From: an uncultured Candidatus Saccharibacteria bacterium
GTDB taxonomy: Bacteria > Patescibacteriota > Doudnabacteria > UBA920
Reading direction: 5' to 3'
DNA length: 64,000 nucleotides
Assembly: GCA_964561085.1 (NCBI GenBank)
Contig: CAZLNP010000001.1
Span: forward strand, 147,201 to 211,200
Shown: positions 28,142 through 37,316 of the stretch, piece after piece
Layout of the letters: each line of letters starts with the position of its first letter
Position numbering within the stretch: position 1 is the first letter of the stretch
The notes under the pieces: model-generated
Seen by the model: the letters and a program-made list of their open reading frames with translations, nothing else
Database searches by the model: none
What the model was told of the DNA's origin: nothing
Made by a program: the position numbers and the translations under genes

Positions 28142-28897
28142 TTACTCTTTTAGGCGGAATTTCCACAGGGTGAAACCAAGGATAACCACGAACCAAATAG
28201 CCAAAACCCCAGCATCGGTCCAAAACAATTTTGGAATATTTTTGTTTAAGAACACTAATCTAATGCCATCGGCTAAATAAGTAATTGGCAGCACTTCCCC
28301 AACGTACTGCAGAACTTTTGGCAAGCTATCGATCGGGAAGAAAATATTTCCTAAAAAAGTTAGGGGCAAGCCAACAGCGCTAGTAATTGGAGCTGCGGCT
28401 TCGTATGTATCGGCAAACATGGAAATCAGTAATCCTACTAACAAGAAAATGCCCGCTCCCAAGACTATTAACAATAACGCAGCGAGTACATTTACACCGA
28501 TTGAAACATTAAAGAAAATTACGCCGACTAAAGTTAAGAATACAGCCTGCCCAATTGCAATTAAAATTCTACTTGCCAATACACTGACTATCAGCTCACC
28601 TTGTTTTAGTGGTGTGACAAGGAAGCGTTTAATTACTCCTCGAGATTTTAGATCGATCATCCAATATGCTAAACCGTAAATACCGCCCTGCATAATTGTC
28701 ATAGCAATAATTCCCGGCAGTACATATTGCGAATAGTTAAACCCGTTACTACTTCCACCGAACACTGCCCCGATAGGAAGAACTGAGAGGGCAACGTAAA
28801 TTATACTCGGCATCACGAGAGTAAAAAACAATCCAGTATAGTTTCGATAAACCAATCGCAGGTTCATCAGAAATAATTGGTAAAAACTTGATGTCAT
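28142..28897 (-). CDS. ABC-2 family transporter permease (251 aa, 6 TM).
   Basis: Six hydrophobic helices. Located immediately downstream of the ABC ATPase. Confidence 0.75.
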   Translation of the reverse strand: MTSSFYQLFLMNLRLVYRNYTGLFFTLVMPSIIYVALSVLPIGAVFGGSSNGFNYSQYVLPGIIAMTIMQGGIYGLAYWMIDLKSRGVIKRFLVTPLKQGELIVSVLASRILIAIGQAVFLTLVGVIFFNVSIGVNVLAALLLIVLGAGIFLLVGLLISMFADTYEAAAPITSAVGLPLTFLGNIFFPIDSLPKVLQYVGEVLPITYLADGIRLVFLNKNIPKLFWTDAGVLAIWFVVILGFTLWKFRLKE

Positions 28898-28907
28898 AAT
28901 TTTATAA

Positions 28908-29855
28908 TTATTCTTGGAATTCTTTGCCTGTTAAATCTAAGTACACATCTTCTAAGGTAGCAGTCTTAACAGTGAACGAACTAAAGCTAATCTTCTTTTC
29001 TGTTAAACGACGGACTATGTCGCCGATTACCTCAAGATTATTTATTTCAACAATCATCTTTGGGGTAGTGCTGTACATTTTTTCAACGCCATTAATCCCT
29101 TCAAAAATATTTTCACTAATTTCATCGTCTGTTAGAAAAGAAACTTGAGTGGTGTGAGATAGATCTTCAATTAACTTCTTCGGATCGTTAATAGCTAAAA
29201 TTTCTCCAGAGTCCATAATTGCAACACGATTACACAAATACTCTGCTTCTTCCATGTAATGAGTAGTTAAAACAACAGTGATCCCGCGCTCGTGAATTTT
29301 GCGCACTAGTTCCCACACATCGCGGCGCGCGCGTGGGTCTAGTCCTGTAGTTGGTTCATCTAAGAAAAGAACTTCTGGGTCATTAACTAAGCTTGAAGCT
29401 AAAGTAAAGCGTTGTTTTTGTCCGCCAGACAAATCTTTTACTAAAGCGTTTTTCCTATCTACTAAATTAACAAAGCCGAGTAGCTCATCAACGTTCGCAG
29501 GTCTTTTATATAGTGAAGCGAAAAGTTCTAGAAGTTCGCCCAGAGACATGAGGTTCATGTATTCACTGGATTGAAGCTGAACACCGATGCGCTTTTTAAT
29601 TTCATCAGCACTAGTTTTGTTGTCTAACCCAAGCACTGCAACGCTTCCTGAAGTTTGAGATTTTAATCCTTCGATAATTTCTAAAGTTGTGGTCTTGCCC
29701 GCCCCGTTAGGTCCAAGGATTCCAAAGATCTCGCCTTTTTGGACAGAGAATGATGTACCTTTAACAGCATCGAAGGTGGTCTGGCCGTCTTTACGATCAC
29801 CTCTAGGTAGCTGATAGGTTTTCTTTAAATTTGTAATTTCTATTACGTTTGACAT
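28908..29855 (-). CDS. ABC transporter ATP-binding protein (315 aa).
   Basis: Walker A 'GPNGAGKTT', signature 'LSGGQKQR', Walker B 'LFLDEPTTGLD', H-loop. Confidence 0.9.
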   Translation of the reverse strand: MSNVIEITNLKKTYQLPRGDRKDGQTTFDAVKGTSFSVQKGEIFGILGPNGAGKTTTLEIIEGLKSQTSGSVAVLGLDNKTSADEIKKRIGVQLQSSEYMNLMSLGELLELFASLYKRPANVDELLGFVNLVDRKNALVKDLSGGQKQRFTLASSLVNDPEVLFLDEPTTGLDPRARRDVWELVRKIHERGITVVLTTHYMEEAEYLCNRVAIMDSGEILAINDPKKLIEDLSHTTQVSFLTDDEISENIFEGINGVEKMYSTTPKMIVEINNLEVIGDIVRRLTEKKISFSSFTVKTATLEDVYLDLTGKEFQE

Positions 29856-29938
29856 AGGTGGATTATAGCAATTATAAGGGTATAAAAAAAGAGTCGAACC
29901 GAAGTCCGACCCGTACTAAAAAATCAACTAGTCCTGAA

Positions 29939-30520
29939 TCAAAGATGAACTGGCTCCTTGATGGGCTTCATCTTGTCATTTATTTCAACCTGCTTTATAA
30001 CTTCTTCGCGTGCATGACTGCACATGATAGGCATCATGATGATGGCGAAAAGTAGCAGCACACAATTCCCAATAACTATATATGTAACCGGAAACCAGTG
30101 CCTCCACTTGTCCACGATCAAAATGTTAGCACATACAAACAAGAACAAACCAGGAAAGAGCGCGAAAAAGTCAGGAACGACATTAAGCCATTTCTTCCTA
30201 TAAAGAAACCGTAGATTTTCGTGCCAATCACCGGTTTGATAGAGCTCTTCGCCCAAAGTGTGAATTGAGACATCCGCTTTAGTAAGCGGTCCGCCTATAA
30301 GACCAATTATTAGCATAACGGAGAATTCTGCAGCGATTACCGACAACCACCACACATTACTCCATACACTAATGAATCCGGCGACCAGTAGTGACACGGC
30401 CGAAGCAAGAACTACCACAATAGATACTAACCATTGAATGATTGTAAAATTATGAATTTGGCTCTTTGCCAAATCCTTGTTGAAATTGCCTCTAGGTGAG
30501 ACATACTTTTTATCCTTCAT
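29939..30520 (-). CDS. Hypothetical polytopic membrane protein (about 193 aa).
   Basis: The ORF track starts at 30571. The internal Met 'MKDKKYVSPRG' at 30520 is the more plausible start. 4-5 TM helices. Confidence 0.45.
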   Translation of the reverse strand: MKDKKYVSPRGNFNKDLAKSQIHNFTIIQWLVSIVVVLASAVSLLVAGFISVWSNVWWLSVIAAEFSVMLIIGLIGGPLTKADVSIHTLGEELYQTGDWHENLRFLYRKKWLNVVPDFFALFPGLFLFVCANILIVDKWRHWFPVTYIVIGNCVLLLFAIIMMPIMCSHAREEVIKQVEINDKMKPIKEPVHL

Positions 30521-30663
30521 ACCTTTCCCCCGTAAAAATGTCTGAAATATAACAACGTCTGCCCCATGCAAGACTCACTACTATATAATATCTTATTGAT
30601 ATAGTCAATATATTCAACTATAATGAAATTTGATAGCCGAGTAGTCACTATATATAGACACTT

Positions 30664-32715
30664 ATGAAGTTTCAACTGAAAACTAATTACGACCCCGCTG
30701 GTGATCAACCTCAAGCAATTGCAGGCCTCTTAAAATCACTTGAAAAAGGTTATCGTCACCAGACGCTTTTAGGTGTGACTGGTTCTGGCAAAACTTATAC
30801 CATGGCGAACATTATCAATAAAGTTCAGAAGCCGACTTTGATAATGTGTCATAACAAAACTTTGGCTGCACAATTGGCTAGCGAATTCCAACAATATTTT
30901 CCAGATAACGCAGTTCACTATTTTGTTTCTTACTACGATTACTATCAGCCTGAGGCTTATATCCCCCGCTCTGACACTTACATTGAAAAGGATACGCAGA
31001 TCAACGAAGAGATTGATCGTCTTCGTAACGCCGCTACAACTTCGCTGATGTCGCGTTCTGATGTTTTAATTGTTGCATCTGTATCTTGTATTTACGGTTT
31101 GGGCAACCCTGACAACTATTTAGAATTGTCTTTGGAAATTGATAAAGGAATGAGCTTTAAACGAGATAAACTTCTGCGTCGTTTAACAGATATGCAGTAC
31201 AGTCGTAATGACATGGATTTGCGCCGTGGCACATATCGCGTTCAAGGTGACACAATGGAAATTGTTCTATCTTCTGAAGATACAATTATCCGCCTCAGTT
31301 TTTTTGGTGATGAAATCGAAAACATTGAACGCTTACATATGATCTCTGGTGAAACTATAGACACCATGGAGCATATTAAAATTTTCCCAGCTCGTCACTT
31401 CGTAACTCCAGAAGATAAATTACACGTTGCACTAGATAGAATTAAGTCTGAACTTAAAGAGCGCTTGGCTGAACTTAAAGGCCAAGGCAAACTTTTAGAA
31501 GCAGCTCGATTAGAGCAGCGCACTAACTTTGATTTAGAAATGCTGAACAACACAGGATTTGTTGCCGGTATTGAAAACTATTCTCGCGTAATGGAGGGTC
31601 GTGAGCCTGGCAGTCCTCCATCTACTTTAATTGATTACTTTCCTGACGACTTCCTTCTATTAATAGACGAGTCTCATCAAACTATTCCACAAGTTGGCGC
31701 AATGTATGAAGGCGATAAATCTCGCAAATCCACTTTAATTGATTATGGTTTCCGCTTGCCTTCTGCTTTGGACAACCGTCCTTTGAAGTTCCCTGAGTTC
31801 GAAGACAAAATTAGTCAGGTAGTTTTTGTGTCGGCTACTCCTGGGCCATATGAGATTCGTAAAAGTTTAGACGAAAACTATTTAATTACTGATCCTAAGA
31901 AAAAGGTTATTTCAGCAGATATTCGCAAAGAGGTTGTTGTTGAACAAATTAATCGACCTACGGGACTGCTTGACCCTACAATTGAAATCCAACCGATTAA
32001 GCATCAGGTCGACCACTTGATGACGCAGATTGTAGAGCGAGTTGCTAAAAAACAACGCGTAATTGTAACTACCCTTACTAAGCGAATGGCAGAAGAATTA
32101 AACACCTACATTAAAGAAGCGGGTATTAAAGCTCAGTACTTGCATAGTGAAGTGGAAACTTTTGAACGCTTGGAAATTCTACGCGATTTACGTTTGGGAA
32201 TTTATGATGTGATTATTGGAATCAACTTACTTCGCGAAGGTTTGGATTTGCCAGAAGTTTCTTTAGTAGCAATCCTTGATGCTGACAAAGAAGGTTTCCT
32301 ACGTAGCGAAACTGCGTTCATGCAGATTATGGGACGAGCCGCTCGTCACTTAGAAGGTCATGTAATTATGTATGCCGACAGAATCACTGGTTCAATGGAA
32401 CGCGCAATTAACGAAACGAAGCGTCGCCGTAAAGTTCAGGAAATCTACAACACCAAGCATGGAATTACCCCGGAAGGAATTATTAAAAAGATCCAAGACT
32501 CTCGTTTAGCTGGTAGTCACGAGGCTCTGCCGGGAATCGATACTGAAGATGTTGAAATTGGAAAGCTTTCTCCTCAAGGAATGAAGCACTATGTTGAAGA
32601 GCTGACTGATCAGATGGAACTTGCTTCCAAGAACATGGAGTTTGAGCTAGCTGCAAAAATTCGCGACAAGCTGGTTGAAATTAACCAAGTTCGCAAATTG
32701 CAGAACAAAAAATAG
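30664..32715 (+). CDS. uvrB: Excinuclease ABC subunit B (683 aa).
   Basis: N-terminus 'MKFQLKTNYDPAGDQPQAI', helicase motif 'GVTGSGKT', 'DESH', UvrB-UvrC interaction C-terminus. Confidence 0.95.
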   Translation: MKFQLKTNYDPAGDQPQAIAGLLKSLEKGYRHQTLLGVTGSGKTYTMANIINKVQKPTLIMCHNKTLAAQLASEFQQYFPDNAVHYFVSYYDYYQPEAYIPRSDTYIEKDTQINEEIDRLRNAATTSLMSRSDVLIVASVSCIYGLGNPDNYLELSLEIDKGMSFKRDKLLRRLTDMQYSRNDMDLRRGTYRVQGDTMEIVLSSEDTIIRLSFFGDEIENIERLHMISGETIDTMEHIKIFPARHFVTPEDKLHVALDRIKSELKERLAELKGQGKLLEAARLEQRTNFDLEMLNNTGFVAGIENYSRVMEGREPGSPPSTLIDYFPDDFLLLIDESHQTIPQVGAMYEGDKSRKSTLIDYGFRLPSALDNRPLKFPEFEDKISQVVFVSATPGPYEIRKSLDENYLITDPKKKVISADIRKEVVVEQINRPTGLLDPTIEIQPIKHQVDHLMTQIVERVAKKQRVIVTTLTKRMAEELNTYIKEAGIKAQYLHSEVETFERLEILRDLRLGIYDVIIGINLLREGLDLPEVSLVAILDADKEGFLRSETAFMQIMGRAARHLEGHVIMYADRITGSMERAINETKRRRKVQEIYNTKHGITPEGIIKKIQDSRLAGSHEALPGIDTEDVEIGKLSPQGMKHYVEELTDQMELASKNMEFELAAKIRDKLVEINQVRKLQNKK

Positions 32716-32865
32716 TTTACACTTCCCTGCTCGTTTGATACGATGAAGACGTGCCGTTATGTTCACCGCCCAGGTGGGCCCCGGCCCCGATTCCTTGTTA
32801 AGGAGAATAGTTCTAAAGAACCATCCCCCGTTCGATTTTCGAACCCCATTCTCCTGCCCGACTTT

Positions 32866-32895
32866 GTTTTTACATCGTCGGGTTTTTCTTTTCCC
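32866..32895 (+). terminator. Rho-independent terminator (CCCGAC-loop-GTCGGG plus TTTTTCTTTT) ending a GC-rich structured segment downstream of uvrB.
   Basis: 6-7 bp GC stem and T-run. Lies about 150 nt after the uvrB stop. Confidence 0.55.
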
Positions 32896-33023
32896 TAAAT
32901 ATTAAGTTAAAGTTGATAGAATCTTTAACAGAACTTTATACACTTCTTGCTACGATAGTTTCTGCTCTGCAGTTTATCATCAGATAAAGAGCAAAGCAGG
33001 AATAAAATCAAAAGGAGTGTGTT

Positions 33024-33704
33024 ATGAAAAATTTAACTGTTTTAGTTGCAGCGTTAGCTGCAGTTTTTAGCCTTGGTATTACGCAGGAAGTCGAAGCACA
33101 GAATTACCATGGTGACGGTGGCTTGCTCGTAGTGGAAGGTGTTTTACTCTCGGGTGAAACTCACAAACAAATTGTCTTTGTTGTTTCGAAGAATATTTCT
33201 ACCGCGGCCCGTGTAGAAATGCAAACACATACATCAGAAGGAGTAGTGAATCAGTTTAAAACTTTGGTATTCCCACAAGGTTTAACTCGTGGGCAGATTG
33301 TGCCAATTTGGAATGGTGACCTTAATTCCTTTGGAAGCACGCCGTGGCTAAACATTTGGGTGACTATCTCCACAGCAACTGATGTTTACTACACAAATAC
33401 AATGTTCCCTATTCAGAATCGAGAACAGTACAAAGAACCGATGATCACGAGTGTTAGTGAGACTGGTGGATACGGTGTTCCTTATCAAATTACTGCGAAA
33501 GGAATATTTGATACCACTATTCCAAGCCTGGTTCTAATCAACAAGGATGTTTTTGTGTCACCGAAAGCAGTAATCCAGGCTGCACCTGGAACCATTCAAT
33601 TCACAATGCCAAGCGGTAACTTCGAGCAATTCCCTTCTGGGAAATATTTGCTCACCATTTGCCAAGGAGGGCATTGCGACACCCTTCAGGGACGGCATCG
33701 ATAA
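33024..33704 (+). CDS. Hypothetical secreted protein (226 aa).
   Basis: Signal peptide 'MKNLTVLVAALAAVFSLGITQEVEA'. Canonical AAGGAG RBS 8 nt upstream, which is unusual here. Confidence 0.55.
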   Translation: MKNLTVLVAALAAVFSLGITQEVEAQNYHGDGGLLVVEGVLLSGETHKQIVFVVSKNISTAARVEMQTHTSEGVVNQFKTLVFPQGLTRGQIVPIWNGDLNSFGSTPWLNIWVTISTATDVYYTNTMFPIQNREQYKEPMITSVSETGGYGVPYQITAKGIFDTTIPSLVLINKDVFVSPKAVIQAAPGTIQFTMPSGNFEQFPSGKYLLTICQGGHCDTLQGRHR

Positions 33705-33869
33705 TACAGCAAGGGGTAAAACACTACCCCTTGCTTTTTTCATTATTTATCTCTATAATACAGGAGCTTTAATCGATTTCCCTGTCTTCCGTGTCCACTT
33801 TAGATAAGGGATTCACCAAAGCACATCGCTTTTAGAAAGCGACTAATCAATTTATAATTTAATCTTAGA

Positions 33870-34139
33870 ATGCCAAATACTAAATCAGCAGCTCGTGCGA
33901 TGCGTAATTCACGCCGTCGTAATGTGATTAATACTCGCACAAAGTCTAAGTTCAAGACTGCAGTAAAAGAAACTCGCACTATTATTGCATCAGGTGATGC
34001 AAAAGAAGCCGCAGAAAGCTTGAAGAAAGCTATGTCTGCACTAGATAAAGCAGTAAAGAAAGATGTTCTACACAAGAACACTGCTTCTCGCAAGAAATCC
34101 CGCTTAGCAAAAGCTTTAGCAAAGATCGAGAAGAAATAG
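33870..34139 (+). CDS. rpsT: 30S ribosomal protein S20 (89 aa).
   Basis: 'MPNTKSAARAMRNSRRRNVINTRTKSKFKTAVK...' is typical bS20. Confidence 0.9.
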   Translation: MPNTKSAARAMRNSRRRNVINTRTKSKFKTAVKETRTIIASGDAKEAAESLKKAMSALDKAVKKDVLHKNTASRKKSRLAKALAKIEKK

Positions 34140-34150
34140 TTCAGTTATTT

Positions 34151-34176
34151 AAAAACTCCCGAAAGGGAGTTTTTTG
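34151..34176 (+). terminator. rpsT terminator (ACTCCC-GAAA-GGGAGT plus TTTTT).
   Basis: Perfect 6-bp stem, GAAA tetraloop, T-run. Confidence 0.7.
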
Positions 34177-34237
34177 ATTGAAACTTTATTTTCAGTTTAA
34201 GTTAATTTGATAGGTGTTGTGCGAAACTAATTATACG

Positions 34238-34310
34238 TGGGCCGGGACACGGTTGTCACAAAGGAATCGTCACTCTTTCGTAGGGAGTTCAACTCTCCTC
34301 CGGTCCACCA
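34238..34310 (+). other. tRNA-like element: canonical T-arm, 7-bp acceptor pairing and encoded CCA, but no convincing D-arm or anticodon arm. Possibly a degenerate tRNA or integration-site remnant.
   Basis: 'GGGAG-TTCAACT-CTCCT-CCGGTCC-A-CCA' at 34283-34310. The complementary 'GGGCCGG' lies 73 nt upstream at 34238-34244. The middle 37 nt do not fold into a canonical cloverleaf. Confidence 0.3.
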
Positions 34311-34386
34311 CCTTGAAAAAGGTTCTTATGCATGGTAAGATATGCATGACGATTCTTATGTGAAGCCAACCGTGGCTCGAATATAA

Positions 34387-34410
34387 AGCCGCCCTATTGG
34401 GCGGCTTTTG
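34387..34410. terminator. Bidirectional terminator (AGCCGCCC-TATT-GGGCGGCT) immediately downstream of polA.
   Basis: 8-bp GC stem with A-run and T-run on either side. Confidence 0.65.
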
Positions 34411-34412
34411 TT

Positions 34413-37208
34413 TTAAATCTTTTTCATCTCTCCCCAGTTATCGCCGACCTTGGCTTCGGCAATTACTGGCACTGTTAGTTTGTAGGCATCTTCCATTAGA
34501 GGTTTAATTTTTTTAACCCATTTGTCGACAACATCTTCACGGACTTCAAAAACAAGTTCATCATGTACTTGCATTAGCATTCTAATTTCATCATCTTTAC
34601 CAGAAACTTCTTTGTGAATATTTAGCATAGCTATCTTCAAGATGTCTGCTTGCAAACCCTGAATTGGGAAGTTTATAGCCGCGCGTTCTGCAGCTGCTCG
34701 GATGAAGAATTGGCTTGATCTTATTTCAGGGAATTTGCGAATACGCCCAAGCTCGTGACGAACAAATCCATTTTCATTCACCTCAGCCTTAATATTCTCT
34801 AAATACATTTGCACGCCTGAATATTCTTCAAAGTATTTATCAATAAATTCTTTTGCATCTGTACGAGACACTGCACCAATTCTACTAGCCAAACCAAAAC
34901 TTGATAAACCATACAACACTCCAAAGTTGATGGTCTTCGCATCACGGCGCATGTCATCTGTCACTTCACCTGGCAAGACATCAAAAATCGCAGCTGCTGT
35001 GTTTGTGTGAATATCTTCTTTTTTGTTGAACACGTCCATCATGTTCTCATCTTGTGCTAGATGAGCAACGATGCGGAGTTCCATTTGAGAATAGTCGATC
35101 GCTAAGAGTTTGTAACCTTTTTCAGCGATGAACGCTTTGCGAATTTCGGAACCAATACCGTGGCCTCGAACAGGGATATTCTGCAAATTAGGATCTGTGG
35201 AAGAAAGACGGCCAGTTGCCGCCACTGTTTGGTTATAACTAGTATGAACACGGCCGGTGCGAACATTTACCAAAGCTGGAAGAGCCATTAAGTATGTTGA
35301 AAGTAATTTAGAAATTTCTCGATAGGAAAGAATCTTCTCAATTATTTCATGCTCCCCCACCAACGCTTCTAGAACACCAGCAGCGGTTGACAGTCCGGTC
35401 TTATTTCTTTTACCTGAAGTTAAATTTAATTTAGTAAATAGAATTTCTTGTAGTTGTTTTGGCGAACCAATATTAAACTCTTCACCAGCAAGTTTATAGA
35501 TATCTTTTTCTAACTGCGCAATTTCCTTCTCTGCTTGGTCCGCTAATTTTTCCAGAAGCCCAACATCTAACTTCACTCCGAACCTTTCCATGCAAGCCAA
35601 AACTTCTACGAGCGGCATTTCAATATCGTGGAAAATTTTCTCTAAACCTTCTTCTTTTAAACGCGGCTCAAAAATTTCTTTCAAGCGTAAAGTCATGTCC
35701 GCATCTTCTGATGCATACCAACTTACTTTTTCAATGTCTACTTCTGCCATAGAAATCTGATTGCGACCCTTGCCGATTAACTCCTCTATAGATTGCATTT
35801 GGTAACCAAGCTCATTGAAAATTAAATTGTCTAAACCATGTTGGCGGACGCCAGCATTCAACACGTAAGAAGCAATCATTGTGTCGAAAGAAAGTGGGTT
35901 CATTTTTATCCCAGCGTTTCCAAAAGTTAGGAAGTCGTATTTCATGTTGTGACCAATCTTGGCCACAGCATTACTCTCTATTAAATTACGTAGCTCCTTG
36001 CTATTGTCCAATACTGGGCGTGTAATATAGTAACCTTCGCCAGTTTTGAAACTAATTGAAATTCCAATTACATTCGCATCAATTGGATACAGCTGATCTG
36101 TTTCTGTATCAATAGCAAACTCTTTTTGTTTCCCTAGCTTTTTCAATAACCCTTCAAGTTTTTCTTGTGTATCTATAAGAGTGTATGTTTGTTTGCCAAC
36201 ATCCCCAACTGTTTCACCGTCGTTCGTACCTGTGAATTTTCCATCATCAATTGTGTCTACCCGTTCAGGTTTTACATCTGCATCACCTGCAGCACCTATG
36301 TATCCTTTAGGTAATTTATCAATTAAAGTTTTGAACTCTAGAACTTGGAACAACTTCATGACTTTGTTTAAATCTGCGCGCTTAAACTCATACACAGGAA
36401 TGTCTATTTCTAGAGGAACATCGCAAACAATTTTTGAAAGTGCATAACTCTGTTCTGCGTCCGCTTTGCCTTCAGTAAGAAGCTTAATAACTCGCGGTTT
36501 TATTTTATCGCCAGTCTTACCTTCTTCAATGGCTTTATACAAATCTATTAAACTGCCAAAGTTCTGAATTAACTCGCCTGCAGTTTTTTCTCCAATCCCT
36601 TTTACACCTTTAATGTTATCTGATGGATCGCCGCGCAATGCCTTGTAGTCTATCATCTGGAGTGGCGCTAAACCGTAACGATCTTTTACCCCAGCAATGT
36701 CATAAACTGCTGTGTCATTAATTCCTTTGCGCAAAGTATAAATTTTTACACATTCGTTTACAAGCTGTAATGAATCTAAATCGCCGGTAGCGATCATGAC
36801 TTCGCAATCGCCGTCTTTATGTTTCGCGCAAATATGAGTTGCGAGTGTACCCAGCACGTCATCAGCCTCGAAACCTTGAATTTCAAAAATAGGAATATTC
36901 AAAGCACGCACCACTTCTTTAATTCGTGGGAATTGCATGTATAATTCATCATCACCTTTTACACGAGTGCCTTTATACTCGGCATACATTTCATCACGGA
37001 AAGTGGGTCCAGCTAAATCAAAACTACACGCAATGTGCGTTGGCTTTAACTCTTTAATAGCCCTCAACAAAATCATAACGAAACCATAAACAGCGTTAGT
37101 ATGTTCGCCATCTTTGTTAGTAAGAGCAGGAATTGCATGATAACCGCGGTGAACCAGCGCATTACCATCTATTAGCATATATCGATTTGAGGCAGTTTTT
37201 TTAGGCAT
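34413..37208 (-). CDS. polA: DNA polymerase I (931 aa; 5'-3' exonuclease, 3'-5' exo-like and polymerase domains).
   Basis: 'DYSQMELRIVAHL', 'QVHDELVFEV', 'RRDAKTINFGVLYG' polymerase motifs. N-terminal 5' nuclease region. Confidence 0.95.
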   Translation of the reverse strand: MPKKTASNRYMLIDGNALVHRGYHAIPALTNKDGEHTNAVYGFVMILLRAIKELKPTHIACSFDLAGPTFRDEMYAEYKGTRVKGDDELYMQFPRIKEVVRALNIPIFEIQGFEADDVLGTLATHICAKHKDGDCEVMIATGDLDSLQLVNECVKIYTLRKGINDTAVYDIAGVKDRYGLAPLQMIDYKALRGDPSDNIKGVKGIGEKTAGELIQNFGSLIDLYKAIEEGKTGDKIKPRVIKLLTEGKADAEQSYALSKIVCDVPLEIDIPVYEFKRADLNKVMKLFQVLEFKTLIDKLPKGYIGAAGDADVKPERVDTIDDGKFTGTNDGETVGDVGKQTYTLIDTQEKLEGLLKKLGKQKEFAIDTETDQLYPIDANVIGISISFKTGEGYYITRPVLDNSKELRNLIESNAVAKIGHNMKYDFLTFGNAGIKMNPLSFDTMIASYVLNAGVRQHGLDNLIFNELGYQMQSIEELIGKGRNQISMAEVDIEKVSWYASEDADMTLRLKEIFEPRLKEEGLEKIFHDIEMPLVEVLACMERFGVKLDVGLLEKLADQAEKEIAQLEKDIYKLAGEEFNIGSPKQLQEILFTKLNLTSGKRNKTGLSTAAGVLEALVGEHEIIEKILSYREISKLLSTYLMALPALVNVRTGRVHTSYNQTVAATGRLSSTDPNLQNIPVRGHGIGSEIRKAFIAEKGYKLLAIDYSQMELRIVAHLAQDENMMDVFNKKEDIHTNTAAAIFDVLPGEVTDDMRRDAKTINFGVLYGLSSFGLASRIGAVSRTDAKEFIDKYFEEYSGVQMYLENIKAEVNENGFVRHELGRIRKFPEIRSSQFFIRAAAERAAINFPIQGLQADILKIAMLNIHKEVSGKDDEIRMLMQVHDELVFEVREDVVDKWVKKIKPLMEDAYKLTVPVIAEAKVGDNWGEMKKI

Positions 37209-37249
37209 AAAATGTTATTTCTCTATTCATTGTAGCGGTTTTGGGGCAT

Positions 37250-37286
37250 AAAAAAAAGCCGCGCGAACCCCTAAAGATTCGCGCGG
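37250..37286 (-). terminator. Terminator for the 37317-38171 gene (CCGCGCGAA-10 nt loop-TTCGCGCGG preceded by A8 on the plus strand).
   Basis: 9-bp GC-rich inverted repeat with a poly-T on the minus strand. Confidence 0.6.
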
Positions 37287-37316
37287 ACAAACTAACTCCT
37301 TTTAACTTTTCTCGGA

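Noticed and set aside
34238-34310. tmRNA (ssrA) interpretation of the tRNA-like 3' element.
   Set aside because: tmRNA needs a 5' acceptor and tag-reading domain about 300-350 nt upstream, which is occupied by rpsT coding sequence. No resume codon or tag ORF was found. A two-piece tmRNA cannot be excluded but is unsupported.
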